Shown piece after piece: positions 36,799 to 46,989 of a DNA stretch of 64,000 nucleotides (position 1 is the stretch's first letter; each line of letters starts with the position of its first letter). This DNA comes from Gemmatimonadota bacterium (lineage in GTDB: Bacteria > Gemmatimonadota > Gemmatimonadetes > Gemmatimonadales > GWC2-71-9): contig JBDHKN010000005.1 in NCBI GenBank assembly GCA_039586365.1, positions 98,070-162,069 on the forward strand, given 5' to 3'. The notes under the pieces are model-generated. The model worked only from the letters and a program-made list of their open reading frames with translations. It was not told the origin of the DNA and did not search any database. The position numbers and the translations under genes are program-made.

Positions 36799-38265
36799 AT
36801 GAAGTCCAGACCCCGCACCCTGGGAGATCTCAGGCAATCCGAATGGGGAGATCCGGCACGACATCTCCGATCCGTGAAAGATGAGATGCGTCAGAACCTC
36901 ATTCAGATTCTAGAAGAAGGCAGAGAGGTATTCCCCGGCATTGTCGGTTATGAGGATACCGTCGTGCCGCAGATCATCAACGCTGTATTGGCACGGCACA
37001 ACTTCATTCTCCTGGGCCTTCGCGGTCAGGCAAAGAGCCGTATCCTGCGCGCTTTGGCGGACCTCCTGGATCCGGAGTTACCCATTCTGGCTGGAAGCGA
37101 GGTTAACGACAATCCGTTCCGCCCGCTATCCAAGTACGGCCGTCAGCTGCTGGAGGAACATGGCGACAAAGCGCCTATTGAGTGGGTGCAGCGTGATGCC
37201 AGGTATGTCGAGAAGCTAGCCACTCCGGACGTCACGGTTGCCGACATCGTTGGCGACGTAGATCCCATCAAGGCCGCCCGGGGCGGGCATATCTTGTCTG
37301 ACGAGCTGACCATCCATTTCGGACTCTTACCCAGAAGCAATCGGGGAATATTCGCCATCAACGAGCTGCCCGACCTGGCAGGCAAGATTCAGGTGGCGTT
37401 GTTCAACATCATGCAGGAGGGTGACGTGCAGATCAAAGGATATCCTGTACGGCTTCTGCTCGATGTGCTTCTCGTATTCTCGGCTAACCCTGAGGACTAC
37501 ACCGCCCGCGGCAAGATCATCACTCCTCTCAAGGACCGCATCGGAAGTGAGATTACGACGCACTACCCGATCACCCTGGAACACGGCATCGCCATCACTC
37601 AGCAAGAGGCGTGGACCGACCGAAACAGACACTCTCTGTATGTCCCGGACTTCATCCACGAATTGATCGAGCGCATCGCCTTCGAGGCGCGGCAAGACAA
37701 GCGCGTCGACCGGCGGTCTGGTGTAAGTCAGCGGTTGCCCATAAGCGTTACGGAACAGGTCGTCTCAAATGCTGAGCAAAGGGCAATTCTGACGAAGGAG
37801 AAGCGTGTCGTTGCTCGAGTATCCGACGTATTCTCCGCGCTTTCGGCGATCACCGGCAAGATCGAACTCGAGTACGAAGGAGAGTTGCAGGGAGCGGAAA
37901 AAGTGGCTCACGACCTGGTTGTTCGCGCCGCAGGTGGTACGTTCGAGTCCCGAGCGGGTGGTGCCGACTGCGATCAGATCGTTGAGTGGTTTGAGGATGG
38001 TGGCGCGCTGAAGATCTCGCTGAATGAGCGAGCCGAACTCTGCTTGAAGGGGTTTTCGAGCGTCACCGGTCTGCTGGATCTCGTGTGCAACCTCGGGTTG
38101 GCACCGATCAAGGACCCGGCCGCCATGGTTGCTGGTTGCGAGCTAGTTCTCGAAGGACTGGTTGCACAGAATCAAATCTCACGCAACGAGGACCTTGGCT
38201 ATACCCGATCACGGTCCGAGCGGCCCCGCTCTTTCGGAAAAGGTGGGCCCGAGTTGTTTGCCTAA
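36799..38265 (+). CDS. AAA+ ATPase, Mg-chelatase ChlI-related family
   Basis: Walker A GLRGQAKS, EKLATPD, GIFAINELPDL, ANPEDYT.RG.IITPLKDR. Confidence 0.87.
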   Translation: MKSRPRTLGDLRQSEWGDPARHLRSVKDEMRQNLIQILEEGREVFPGIVGYEDTVVPQIINAVLARHNFILLGLRGQAKSRILRALADLLDPELPILAGSEVNDNPFRPLSKYGRQLLEEHGDKAPIEWVQRDARYVEKLATPDVTVADIVGDVDPIKAARGGHILSDELTIHFGLLPRSNRGIFAINELPDLAGKIQVALFNIMQEGDVQIKGYPVRLLLDVLLVFSANPEDYTARGKIITPLKDRIGSEITTHYPITLEHGIAITQQEAWTDRNRHSLYVPDFIHELIERIAFEARQDKRVDRRSGVSQRLPISVTEQVVSNAEQRAILTKEKRVVARVSDVFSALSAITGKIELEYEGELQGAEKVAHDLVVRAAGGTFESRAGGADCDQIVEWFEDGGALKISLNERAELCLKGFSSVTGLLDLVCNLGLAPIKDPAAMVAGCELVLEGLVAQNQISRNEDLGYTRSRSERPRSFGKGGPELFA

Positions 38266-38280
38266 GAGGCGGTAATCCAA

Positions 38281-39579
38281 ATGAGGTTCACCACATATTC
38301 GAAGTACATCCCCGAACTCATTGACGCCCTGAACCTCGAAGACCTGCTCGAGGAGTTGAGCGACTTTCTGTTGCACTCGGGTTTCGCTGGGGGGTCGCGG
38401 TATGACCCTTTTTGGGGCGATTTCGGAGGTGAGGAACCGGACAGGTCCGTTGAAGCCCTGAAACAGGCGATCATTCACAGATTGATTGAATCGGGCAAGC
38501 TGACTGCCGAGATGCTTCAGGTTCTGCGGGGCGAGTCTTCTGGCGACGAGGTTAGAGACAGCGAGATACGACAGCAGTTGGCCGATCTCCTCGACCAGAT
38601 TGTGCAGAGGCTCATCGCCGAAGGGTACCTGAACCTTCAACCGGTCCCTCAGATCCCAGATGCGCACCATCGTATGGTCGGCCCCGGTGGGCAGGCTTAC
38701 TCGGCAGCTCAGGACGTGAAGTTCAGCTTGACAGCGAAGGGGATCGACTTCCTCGGTTACCGGGCCTTGAAGCACCTACTTGGAAGTATCGGGAAATCGA
38801 GCTTCGGAAGCCACGAGACACCCTACCTCTCCACCGGAATCGAGGCAGAGTCAGTGCCGAAACAGTATGAGTTCGGTGACACACTCAACCTTGACGTCTC
38901 CGGCACCCTACGTAACGCAATTGCCCGGAACGGTCTGCGGGTGCCCATCGAGATCGACTACCCGGATCTGATGGTGCACCAGTCCGAGTACCGCTCCAGT
39001 GCTGCAACAGTTTTGATGCTGGACTGCTCCCATTCCATGATACTCTACGGAGAGGACCGATTCACGCCCGCGAAGAAGGTAGCCCTGGCTCTCACTCACT
39101 TGATCCGTACTCAGTTTCCCGGTGACTCCATCCGAATAGTGCTGTTTCACGATACCGCTGAGGAAATCCCGTTGGCCAAGCTAGCCCATGCTCAAGTGGG
39201 ACCTTATCACACCAACACAGCGGAGGGATTGAAACTCGCCAGGCGGACCCTGATCGCGCAGAAAAAGGACATGCGCCAGATCATCATGATCACAGATGGC
39301 AAACCATCGGCACTCACCATGCCTGACGGTCGCATATACGTCAATTCGATGGGCCTTGATCCCATGATCGTCAAGGAAACATATCGGGAAGTCTCGGCCT
39401 GCGCTCGAGCAGGTATCATGATTAACACATTCATGCTGGCCCGGGAACGCGCGCTGGTGGAATTCGTCAAGCAGGTCTGTGAAATCTCGCGCGGGAAGGC
39501 CTACTTCACCAGCGCTTTGACCCTCGGGCAGTACATACTGATGGACTTCATGAACCGAAAGACCCGGCGAATACAATAA
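38281..39579 (+). CDS. VWA domain-containing protein
   Basis: MIDAS DCSHS, TNT, ITDG; immediately follows the AAA+ gene. Confidence 0.87.
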   Translation: MRFTTYSKYIPELIDALNLEDLLEELSDFLLHSGFAGGSRYDPFWGDFGGEEPDRSVEALKQAIIHRLIESGKLTAEMLQVLRGESSGDEVRDSEIRQQLADLLDQIVQRLIAEGYLNLQPVPQIPDAHHRMVGPGGQAYSAAQDVKFSLTAKGIDFLGYRALKHLLGSIGKSSFGSHETPYLSTGIEAESVPKQYEFGDTLNLDVSGTLRNAIARNGLRVPIEIDYPDLMVHQSEYRSSAATVLMLDCSHSMILYGEDRFTPAKKVALALTHLIRTQFPGDSIRIVLFHDTAEEIPLAKLAHAQVGPYHTNTAEGLKLARRTLIAQKKDMRQIIMITDGKPSALTMPDGRIYVNSMGLDPMIVKETYREVSACARAGIMINTFMLARERALVEFVKQVCEISRGKAYFTSALTLGQYILMDFMNRKTRRIQ

Positions 39580-39701
39580 CCCGACTATCAAGCGGCCTCT
39601 ACATCGCAACCACTCACGGCCGCCACCCCAACTCGACTTGCGCTCGAGGGCGTAGCTTCATTCATTCAAACCGATGATCCGAACCGGAGCGCGATCCAGT
39701 C

Positions 39702-42700
39702 GTGTTTGACAACATCTTCGAAACGGTCAATTCGGGCTTTGCTCAGGCTCTATATGAGGAATACCTGCGCGACCCGGCAGCAGTGCCAGAGGAATGGAGA
39801 AAGCTGTTCGCGAGCGGCCTGAGGGGAGAACCTCCAGCAACCGTGGGTGGCGGCCCTGAGCACGACGATGCTCCTGTTGCTGCTCATCCGATACAAACCG
39901 TCACGACTTCAGTTCCCATCCAGGGGCCCGCACTGCGCCTGCTACAAAACATGGAGGACAGCCTCGCCATCCCAACCGCGACTTCTTTCAGAGATGTTGA
40001 CGTTGCGTTGTTGTGGGAGATGCGGGCCAAGTATAACGACGCCCTCAAAGCGCAGGGGATCAAGCTCTCTTTCACTCATTTGGTTGGCTGGGCGGTTGTC
40101 CGGGCAAGCCAGGCTTTGCCGACGTTGGGCCATACGGTCGTCGAGCACGACGGATCACCTCACCGAGTAGAGTCGGCCACAATAAACCTCGGCCTAGCCG
40201 TCGACACGGAAGGGCGAGATGGGAGGCGGAAGCTCATGGTACCAGTGATAAAGGGGGCCGACCACATGGGCTTTCGTGAGTTCTACGAAGAGTACGAACG
40301 CCTGGTGGCTGGCGCTCGTGACGGCAGTCTCATGCCGGACGCGTATATGGGGGGAACCATCACCCTGACTAATCCCGGCACTATAGGGACAGTAGCGTCG
40401 GTGCCCCGCCTAATGAGAGGGCAAGGTTCCATAATCGCGACTGGAGCTATTAGGAGGCTCGCTGATCTGAAGCTGATGACGATCTCGTGCACCTACGACC
40501 ATCGAATCATCCAAGGCGCGGAGTCCGGGATGTTCCTGCGCACGGTCGATCTCCTCCTACAGGGAGATGACGGATTCTACTCGGACGTAGCAGCAGCAAT
40601 GCAGATTGTCATTCCGGACTCCTTTGTTGAACCTGGAGAGGAGTTCGGTCAATCACCCCGGGCCATTCCAGCAGCAAAGGCCCACACGGGGCTCCTAGAC
40701 GAGCTAGTCCCCCAGGTGGCCGCTGCGATGTCCCTCGTGGGCGCCTACCGCACGCACGGCTACCTGGCTGCCCAGCTGGACCCGTTGGGCACGGAACCGA
40801 TTGGAGACCCGGCTCTACAACCGAAGTCCACTGGCCTAACACCTGAAATCATGGCACAAATACCGGCCGATGTGCTAGGCGTATTCGCACAAGGTAACAC
40901 TTTGGCAGATGTACTCCCCAAGCTTCAGAGGACCTATTGCGGGACCATTGCGTACGAGATAGAGCACATTGCCAGTCACGAAGAACGAGACTGGCTTAGG
41001 CAGCTAATCGAATCGGGTCAGCACAGGCATTCGTTGTCCAGTGAGGAAAAGCGAAGAACCCTACTCAGTTTGATACGAGCAGCGACATTCGAAGAGTTCC
41101 TCCATCGGACCTACCTCGGACAGAAGCGATTCGGAATCGAGGGTCTAGAAGCTCTGATCCCCATGCTCGAGGCTGCGATCGAAATGGCCGGAGACGTGGG
41201 AGCGCGGGAGGTGGTCATGGGCATGGCTCACAGAGGCCGACTGAACGTTCTCACCCACATCCTGGGCGTCCGCTACGAGACGATCTTGTCCGAGTTCGAA
41301 GGCGGTAGAGACATCCACGACACTCTCGCCACTGGGACCGGCACCGGTGATGTGAAGTACCACTATGGTGCCAGCGGCGTATTTGAGACAGCCCTGGGTG
41401 CCAAGTTGGACGTAATCCTGATGCCCAACCCGAGTCACCTCGAGGCCGTCAATCCCGTTGTCGAGGGTCACGTACGGGCAAGTCAGACAGATCGCTCAGG
41501 GCGCAGCATTAGGCACCACCCTCGGCGTGTGATCCCGATTCTTATGCACGGTGACGCGGCATTTGCGGGTCAGGGTGTCGTTGCCGAAACGTTGAATCTG
41601 GCTTGCCTCGAAGGGTACGATACCGGTGGCACATTGCACATCATCACCAACAACCAAATCGGATTCACTACGACGTCCGCTGAAGCTCGGTCCACTGACT
41701 TCGCCAGCGATCTCGCCAAGGGGTTTGACATACCTATCGTTCACGTAAATGCGGACGATGCCGAAGCGTGCATTGCTGCTGTCCGGCTCGCCATGATGTA
41801 CAGAAAGATGTTCCACGATGATTGCGTCATAAACTTGGTGGGATACCGGCGTTACGGACACAACGAGAGCGATGAGCCACGCTACACCCAACCCCTGATG
41901 TACGCCAGGATCGACTCGCAACTCCCGGTTGCGGAATCGTACGCAAGATCCCTCACAGAGCAGGGTGTGGTGACCGCAGACGAGATTGCGCAAGAAAGAG
42001 ATCTCGTGTACCACGAGCTGGCGCAGGCTCATGCTCGCATCAAGAACGAGGCGGGCCGGCCCGTAGGGATGCAGCCCATCAGCGTGAACGGAGACGAATG
42101 CGCCACCCCCGAACCCGATACGAAGGTAGACCGGGAACTACTCCGCGATCTCAACGGCCAACTCCTGCGGCAACCTGACAGTTTCACGGTTAACAGCAAG
42201 CTGCGGCGCCAACTCGACCGCCGGGAGAAGGTCTTTGACACCGATGGTGCCATCGATTGGGCACACGCTGAGATCCTCGCCATAGGTTCATTACTTGCCG
42301 AGGGCATTCCTGTTCGATTGGTTGGGCAGGACACCGCTAGGGGCACGTTCAGCCAACGACACCTGACCCTGCACGACGCCGACACCGGTGACCGCTATAC
42401 GCCGATTCAAAACCTGCGCAATGCTACGGCTCCACTCGAACTGCATAACACTCCGCTATCCGAGTACGGCGCACTGGGATTCGAGTACGGATACAGCGTT
42501 GCAGCGCCAGAGACTCTGGTGATGTGGGAAGCGCAATTCGGCGACTTCGCCAACACTGCCGAAGTCATAATCGATCAGTTCATCATTGCCGGGCTCGCCA
42601 AATGGGCTCAGACGTCGAGACTGGTACTCCTCCTCCCCCACGGCTATGAGGGACAGGGACCGGAGCACTCCAGCGCGAGGTTGGAGCGCTACCTTGCACT

Positions 42701-43307
42701 GGGCACCGAATGCAACATTCGGGTCGCGAACTGCTCAACACCCGCGCAGTATTTCCACCTGTTACGGCGCCAAGCCAAGCATTTGCAGCTGCGGCCGCTG
42801 GTATTGATGACGCCGAAGAGTCTGCTGCGTCATCCATCTGCGGTCTCACGGCTCGGGGATCTCGCAGAAGGACGGTTCCAGCACGTGTTGGATGATCCGA
42901 CGCTACCAGCGTTGAGAGGGGACGTCGACCGCATCGTCTTGTGCTCCGGCAAGGTCTACTACGACACCATAGGATCGCCACTCCGTGCCGAGGCGAACAA
43001 CGTCGCCATAGCGAGGATCGAGCTACTTTACCCCTTCCCCGAAGATGCAATCAGCGCGCTGATTGCCCTATACCCAAAGGTGCGTGAAATCGTGTGGCTG
43101 CAGGAAGAACCTGCAAACATGGGGGCCCGTAAGTGGGTCATGCCGCAGTTGGCAGAGCTTGTGCCTGAGTGGACGACGACGAGTCACGTCGCCCGCCCCG
43201 AACGGTCCAGTCCTGCAGAGGGATACCTGATCAAGCACCGGGAGGAACAAGCCCGACTCGTTGCCAAGGTCCTGGGGCCGGCCGCACGTGTCAAGAAAGG
43301 TGCCTGA
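39702..43307 (+). CDS. sucA: multifunctional 2-oxoglutarate dehydrogenase/decarboxylase (E2 catalytic + E1 fusion, Kgd/OdhA type)
   Basis: TLTNPGTIGT..SVPRL, YDHRIIQGAESG (E2 domain); GMAHRGRLN, GDVKYH, NPSHLEAV, HGDAAF, WEAQFGDF, LPHGYEGQGPEHSSAR (E1). Confidence 0.95.
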   Translation: MFDNIFETVNSGFAQALYEEYLRDPAAVPEEWRKLFASGLRGEPPATVGGGPEHDDAPVAAHPIQTVTTSVPIQGPALRLLQNMEDSLAIPTATSFRDVDVALLWEMRAKYNDALKAQGIKLSFTHLVGWAVVRASQALPTLGHTVVEHDGSPHRVESATINLGLAVDTEGRDGRRKLMVPVIKGADHMGFREFYEEYERLVAGARDGSLMPDAYMGGTITLTNPGTIGTVASVPRLMRGQGSIIATGAIRRLADLKLMTISCTYDHRIIQGAESGMFLRTVDLLLQGDDGFYSDVAAAMQIVIPDSFVEPGEEFGQSPRAIPAAKAHTGLLDELVPQVAAAMSLVGAYRTHGYLAAQLDPLGTEPIGDPALQPKSTGLTPEIMAQIPADVLGVFAQGNTLADVLPKLQRTYCGTIAYEIEHIASHEERDWLRQLIESGQHRHSLSSEEKRRTLLSLIRAATFEEFLHRTYLGQKRFGIEGLEALIPMLEAAIEMAGDVGAREVVMGMAHRGRLNVLTHILGVRYETILSEFEGGRDIHDTLATGTGTGDVKYHYGASGVFETALGAKLDVILMPNPSHLEAVNPVVEGHVRASQTDRSGRSIRHHPRRVIPILMHGDAAFAGQGVVAETLNLACLEGYDTGGTLHIITNNQIGFTTTSAEARSTDFASDLAKGFDIPIVHVNADDAEACIAAVRLAMMYRKMFHDDCVINLVGYRRYGHNESDEPRYTQPLMYARIDSQLPVAESYARSLTEQGVVTADEIAQERDLVYHELAQAHARIKNEAGRPVGMQPISVNGDECATPEPDTKVDRELLRDLNGQLLRQPDSFTVNSKLRRQLDRREKVFDTDGAIDWAHAEILAIGSLLAEGIPVRLVGQDTARGTFSQRHLTLHDADTGDRYTPIQNLRNATAPLELHNTPLSEYGALGFEYGYSVAAPETLVMWEAQFGDFANTAEVIIDQFIIAGLAKWAQTSRLVLLLPHGYEGQGPEHSSARLERYLALGTECNIRVANCSTPAQYFHLLRRQAKHLQLRPLVLMTPKSLLRHPSAVSRLGDLAEGRFQHVLDDPTLPALRGDVDRIVLCSGKVYYDTIGSPLRAEANNVAIARIELLYPFPEDAISALIALYPKVREIVWLQEEPANMGARKWVMPQLAELVPEWTTTSHVARPERSSPAEGYLIKHREEQARLVAKVLGPAARVKKGA

Positions 43308-45105
43308 GCTCGTAACACACTTGGGACCGGAGCCTGGAATACTCTTCCTCGAATCCAGCCCCTTGCAGGCTCTGCCGCAGACGCCTGCCGACTGGAAGAA
43401 CCATAGGCGGTGCATGCCACTTGATTGGCACGTTGGTGGCCTTGTCCACCACCGCTCCCTGCTCAATCAGGCGGGTGGCATCGGCCAGTCCTTGCTCATT
43501 AACAGCCTCCTGCATCGCGTCAAATGCTGCAGCATCAGCGGCGTGTACGAACCTCAGGTGGCGGTGTCCCAGCGCCGCCATGTAGTAGTGAGCTGGAACG
43601 AACATTATTCCGTCCAATTCGATTTGCTCGCAGATCAGCACCAACAGGGCGACGATCTCACGCAGCAATCCAAGCCCTGGCTTCTCTTGCCCCGGCAGGC
43701 GTGATCGGTCGGCAGTGAAATGCGCCCGGGGATTCTGGAGCAACAACCACTCAACGTAGAGCATCTCCATCCCCGGCACGGCAATGCGGTCTCGACGTAG
43801 CCGCAACTCCATGAGGAGTTCGGCTCGGTCTGTGTTTCCGAAGAGTCGGATCGTGTGGCCTAGTTCCGACGTGTCCAGAGTGACCGTGGGTGCTGCGAAC
43901 CCTTTGGCCCGAATTTGATTGAGGATTCCGAGCCGCTCCAGCTGCAGTTCGAATCCGACCTTGGTGTACTGGCCAAGGATCCGGGAATCGGCTGCGCCAG
44001 CAAGCCCCGGCAGTAGGTCCTCATCGCTCAACCGCCAAGCGGAGTCTCGTGGCCGGGTTCCCGCAGCAGCCTCATTCTCGATTCGGCGGAACCGCCTGAC
44101 AATCGCATCGATATCCTCCTGTGGGTCATGCTCCTCGCCCGCTAGCATCCAGGCATAGAAGCGAGCCGAGTATCGCCAGGCCTTGCCCCCATAGCCACCA
44201 CCCAGTACGACAACCAGTGGCACTCTTCTCCCATCGCACTTCACCTGCTCGAACACAATCCTATCCCTAGTCAGCAGGCCCTTGTCGGATATGTGCCAAT
44301 TACCGATCTGGTCATCAGCTGCAGGATCCACGCCGGCTACATACAGCACAAGACCGGGTTTGTGGTTAGCGACAACCGGTGGTAACTCCCTTCGGATCAC
44401 CTCAAGGTACCGGTCATCGTCGACATCGGGACCGAGCGCGATTGTCGAGTCAGCCACTGCCGGGCGGTCATCCCAAGTCTCATTGTGGATTGACAGGGTG
44501 TATACCGTGGGATCGTTCCGGAAGGCCACTCGCGTCCCGTTGCCGTCATGAATGTCCAGATCCACGACCAGAATGCGGTGTTGATAGCCCTTGGCTCGCA
44601 GGCGCTTGATGGCCACTGCAACATCGTTGATGATGCAGAAGCCAGCACCTCGCTCCGGATTAGCGTGATGGAAGCCGCCACCGAGGTTGACCGCATCACA
44701 GCCAGTTCGGAGTGCGAGCCGCGTCGCTTGGATCGTGCCGCCAGTCATGAGGCGCTGCACATCGATCAGTCCCTGCCACCCTTCATCCGTGATGGAGAAT
44801 CCCAGAACGGACACCATGGTCTCTGTATGATCCAGTCGATCCAAGTACGCCGGTGTGTGGACACGGGAGATATTCTCCAGAGAAGCCGGTATGGGAGTAG
44901 ACAAGTCGCGCTCGCCGATGAGCCCCTGGTCCAGCAGATAGGCTAGGGTTCGCTGCGCCCGAAGTGGATCCGATGCGATACCTCCGATGGTGTATTCGTA
45001 GCCGCCGTGATACACGAAGTGCACACGGCGCCCGTGCAACGAATGAAGAAACCTGCTCAGAGAGCGTCGGATCGATTCGTGGAACCTACTCAGGAGATCC
45101 CTCAT
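43291..45105 (-). CDS. histone deacetylase family protein with C-terminal extra domain
   Basis: GGGFHH, GFC, DLDIHDGNGT, GVD..DQIG, GGGY; about 270 further residues follow the HDAC domain. Confidence 0.88.
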   Translation of the reverse strand: MRDLLSRFHESIRRSLSRFLHSLHGRRVHFVYHGGYEYTIGGIASDPLRAQRTLAYLLDQGLIGERDLSTPIPASLENISRVHTPAYLDRLDHTETMVSVLGFSITDEGWQGLIDVQRLMTGGTIQATRLALRTGCDAVNLGGGFHHANPERGAGFCIINDVAVAIKRLRAKGYQHRILVVDLDIHDGNGTRVAFRNDPTVYTLSIHNETWDDRPAVADSTIALGPDVDDDRYLEVIRRELPPVVANHKPGLVLYVAGVDPAADDQIGNWHISDKGLLTRDRIVFEQVKCDGRRVPLVVVLGGGYGGKAWRYSARFYAWMLAGEEHDPQEDIDAIVRRFRRIENEAAAGTRPRDSAWRLSDEDLLPGLAGAADSRILGQYTKVGFELQLERLGILNQIRAKGFAAPTVTLDTSELGHTIRLFGNTDRAELLMELRLRRDRIAVPGMEMLYVEWLLLQNPRAHFTADRSRLPGQEKPGLGLLREIVALLVLICEQIELDGIMFVPAHYYMAALGHRHLRFVHAADAAAFDAMQEAVNEQGLADATRLIEQGAVVDKATNVPIKWHAPPMVLPVGRRLRQSLQGAGFEEEYSRLRSQVCYELRHLS

Positions 45106-45141
45106 AGAAGGGCTGTTCGTCCTGCTATCGATCGGCTGGGA

Positions 45142-45651
45142 CTACTCAGGAGGCACATCACCCATCGGTATCTCTCTCAGCTCCCTCCGCAGCAGCGGAT
45201 GTGTCCTGAGCAGATACCAGCCCATCGTAACAGCAGCGGCGATACCAGCTATACTGACTATCACCCACGCTCCACCACCAAGCAGCGGTTCAGCAAAGAG
45301 CAACAGCGCCCCGAATATGTGAAATGCTACGAAGATGAGAGCGACGAGGATGAAATACTGGGCTGCCGGGTACTTTTCGGCGAGTGCCACGAGCCATGAC
45401 ACGACCGTGCCGATGGCTAGGAATGCGAGTACGTGCACCATGTTGTACGCCAGGACCGGCCCGGGTTCAACTTGAAGAGCGGCGGGATCCTCGAGTCCGT
45501 AGAATAGGGCTGACCCGAACAGTGCAGCCGTGTAGAACGGAGAACGGCCGCTAAGCAAGTTCAGCAGACTCACGACGACAATGACTGTTCCATACCCTAT
45601 GAGTCCTGAGAAGAGCCCGCCCACGAGTATCAGCTTGGTTCTACTAGTCAC
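45142..45651 (-). CDS. hypothetical membrane protein (about 4 TM)
   Basis: Hydrophobic ORF; GGAGG RBS before GTG 45651. Confidence 0.7.
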   Translation of the reverse strand: MTSRTKLILVGGLFSGLIGYGTVIVVVSLLNLLSGRSPFYTAALFGSALFYGLEDPAALQVEPGPVLAYNMVHVLAFLAIGTVVSWLVALAEKYPAAQYFILVALIFVAFHIFGALLLFAEPLLGGGAWVIVSIAGIAAAVTMGWYLLRTHPLLRRELREIPMGDVPPE

Positions 45652-45907
45652 CGTACACCTCCAGTCGTATGGCCAGGCGCTGTACTTGCTCGTGCCATCG
45701 GGTACCATTGTAATGAAGGTATGTCAAATGACGGTCCCATGTTTAGCTTAAGATTCATTCATGCTCAGATGCCGGAACCTGCTGGGGATAGCTCACGAGC
45801 ACCTTCGTTGTCCCCGTTCCGTATTGATGTACTGGAGCTGTAGGGCCAATTGACATTCGCATTGCTCAGGATCTGTAGAGCTGTAAGATGGAGGTCATCA
45901 AACTCAG

Positions 45908-46477
45908 ATGCCAATACTGGAAGCCGTACGGGTTCTTGTGTTTGGACTGTTCCTTCTTGGCAGCCTGGTTGCTGTCGGGTCTTGGGCCATCCGGACACGA
46001 CGTATCAATCCGTTTAGTTCAACAGGCCAGTTCATTCGCCGGACCACCGATCCCGTGCTGAGGCCAATAGAGCAGTGGCTCCAGCGGAGAGGTAGCAATC
46101 CCCAGAACGCGGGTTGGTGGCTTCTCGGGCTCAGCGTGGTCGGCGGAATAGTGGTAGTCTCATTGTCCGAGTGGCTCGTAGTCCAAGTGATGCGACTCAA
46201 TGCCGCTGGAGCGTCGGGGCCCCGTAGCATACTGCGGCTCCTCGTCTACTATGCTGGTCAGCTGGTGATCATTGCGCTGATCGTTAGGGTGATCGGCTCA
46301 TGGTTCCATGTCAATCGGTTCAATCGCTGGATGCGCCCTGCCTATCTACTCACAGACTGGATCGTCAATCCGCTGCGTAGAGTCATCCCACCCATAGGCA
46401 TGATCGACATCACGCCGCTCGTGGCTTGGTTGCTGCTCCAGATATTGGTGATACCTATGCTGCTTAGGCTGTTGTGA
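45908..46477 (+). CDS. yggT: YggT family membrane protein
   Basis: Two YggT repeats (TDPVLRPI; VIGSW..LTDWIVNPLRRVIPPIGMIDITP). Confidence 0.9.
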   Translation: MPILEAVRVLVFGLFLLGSLVAVGSWAIRTRRINPFSSTGQFIRRTTDPVLRPIEQWLQRRGSNPQNAGWWLLGLSVVGGIVVVSLSEWLVVQVMRLNAAGASGPRSILRLLVYYAGQLVIIALIVRVIGSWFHVNRFNRWMRPAYLLTDWIVNPLRRVIPPIGMIDITPLVAWLLLQILVIPMLLRLL

Positions 46478-46749
46478 AGGTGGCGATCCTCACGGTCCAC
46501 GTTCAGCCGCGGTCCAGCAGGACCGAAATCGTCGGCTGGCACGGGGACGCCCTCAAAGTCAGAGTGAAAGCCCCGCCAGTCGACGGAGCCGCAAATGACG
46601 AGCTGGCGCGGTTTGTCGCTCAAGAGGCGGGAGTAGCCAGGTCGGCGGTACGCGTCGTCAGCGGCACCACGGGGCGCCGCAAACGAATCAGCGTTGACGG
46701 TTTGAGCACCGAGCAGCTCCTCGTATCACTGGGGATCAGTGTCAAATAG
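46474..46749 (+). CDS. yggU: DUF167/YggU family protein
   Basis: VHVQPRSSR, LKVRVKAPPVDGAAN, SG.TGRRK; coupled to yggT. Confidence 0.9.
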   Translation: MKVAILTVHVQPRSSRTEIVGWHGDALKVRVKAPPVDGAANDELARFVAQEAGVARSAVRVVSGTTGRRKRISVDGLSTEQLLVSLGISVK

Positions 46750-46989
46750 GGCGCACTTCCATTTCTCATTCTGGGCTCTAAATTGGTTGTGGACAAGTGA
46801 AGGTACGTGGTGATTTGCGGCATATTGCGGCCACGCTAAACAAGTCGCTAAAAAGCCTGCCCTGGCGCAGCTAGCGACCGGGGTTTTGTCGTCCGGTGAA
46901 TAGTAGGTGAGCCAGTGAGTGAGCCAGCGAGAAGGCTCCTCAAACCTCACCCCTCAGACTCATGAGTCACGACTCGTGGAGAGGTCTCC

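Noticed and set aside
36799..39579. Magnesium chelatase / photosynthesis genes
   Set aside because: No bchH or other bch/puf genes; motifs fit the generic AAA+/VWA pair.
45885..45910. Fluoride riboswitch (GATGGAGGTCATC)
   Set aside because: No downstream ATGACTCC pseudoknot partner; the GGAGG is more simply part of the yggT leader.
46788..46796. DnaA-like box TGTGGACAA upstream of metH
   Set aside because: Single one-mismatch copy; expected by chance.
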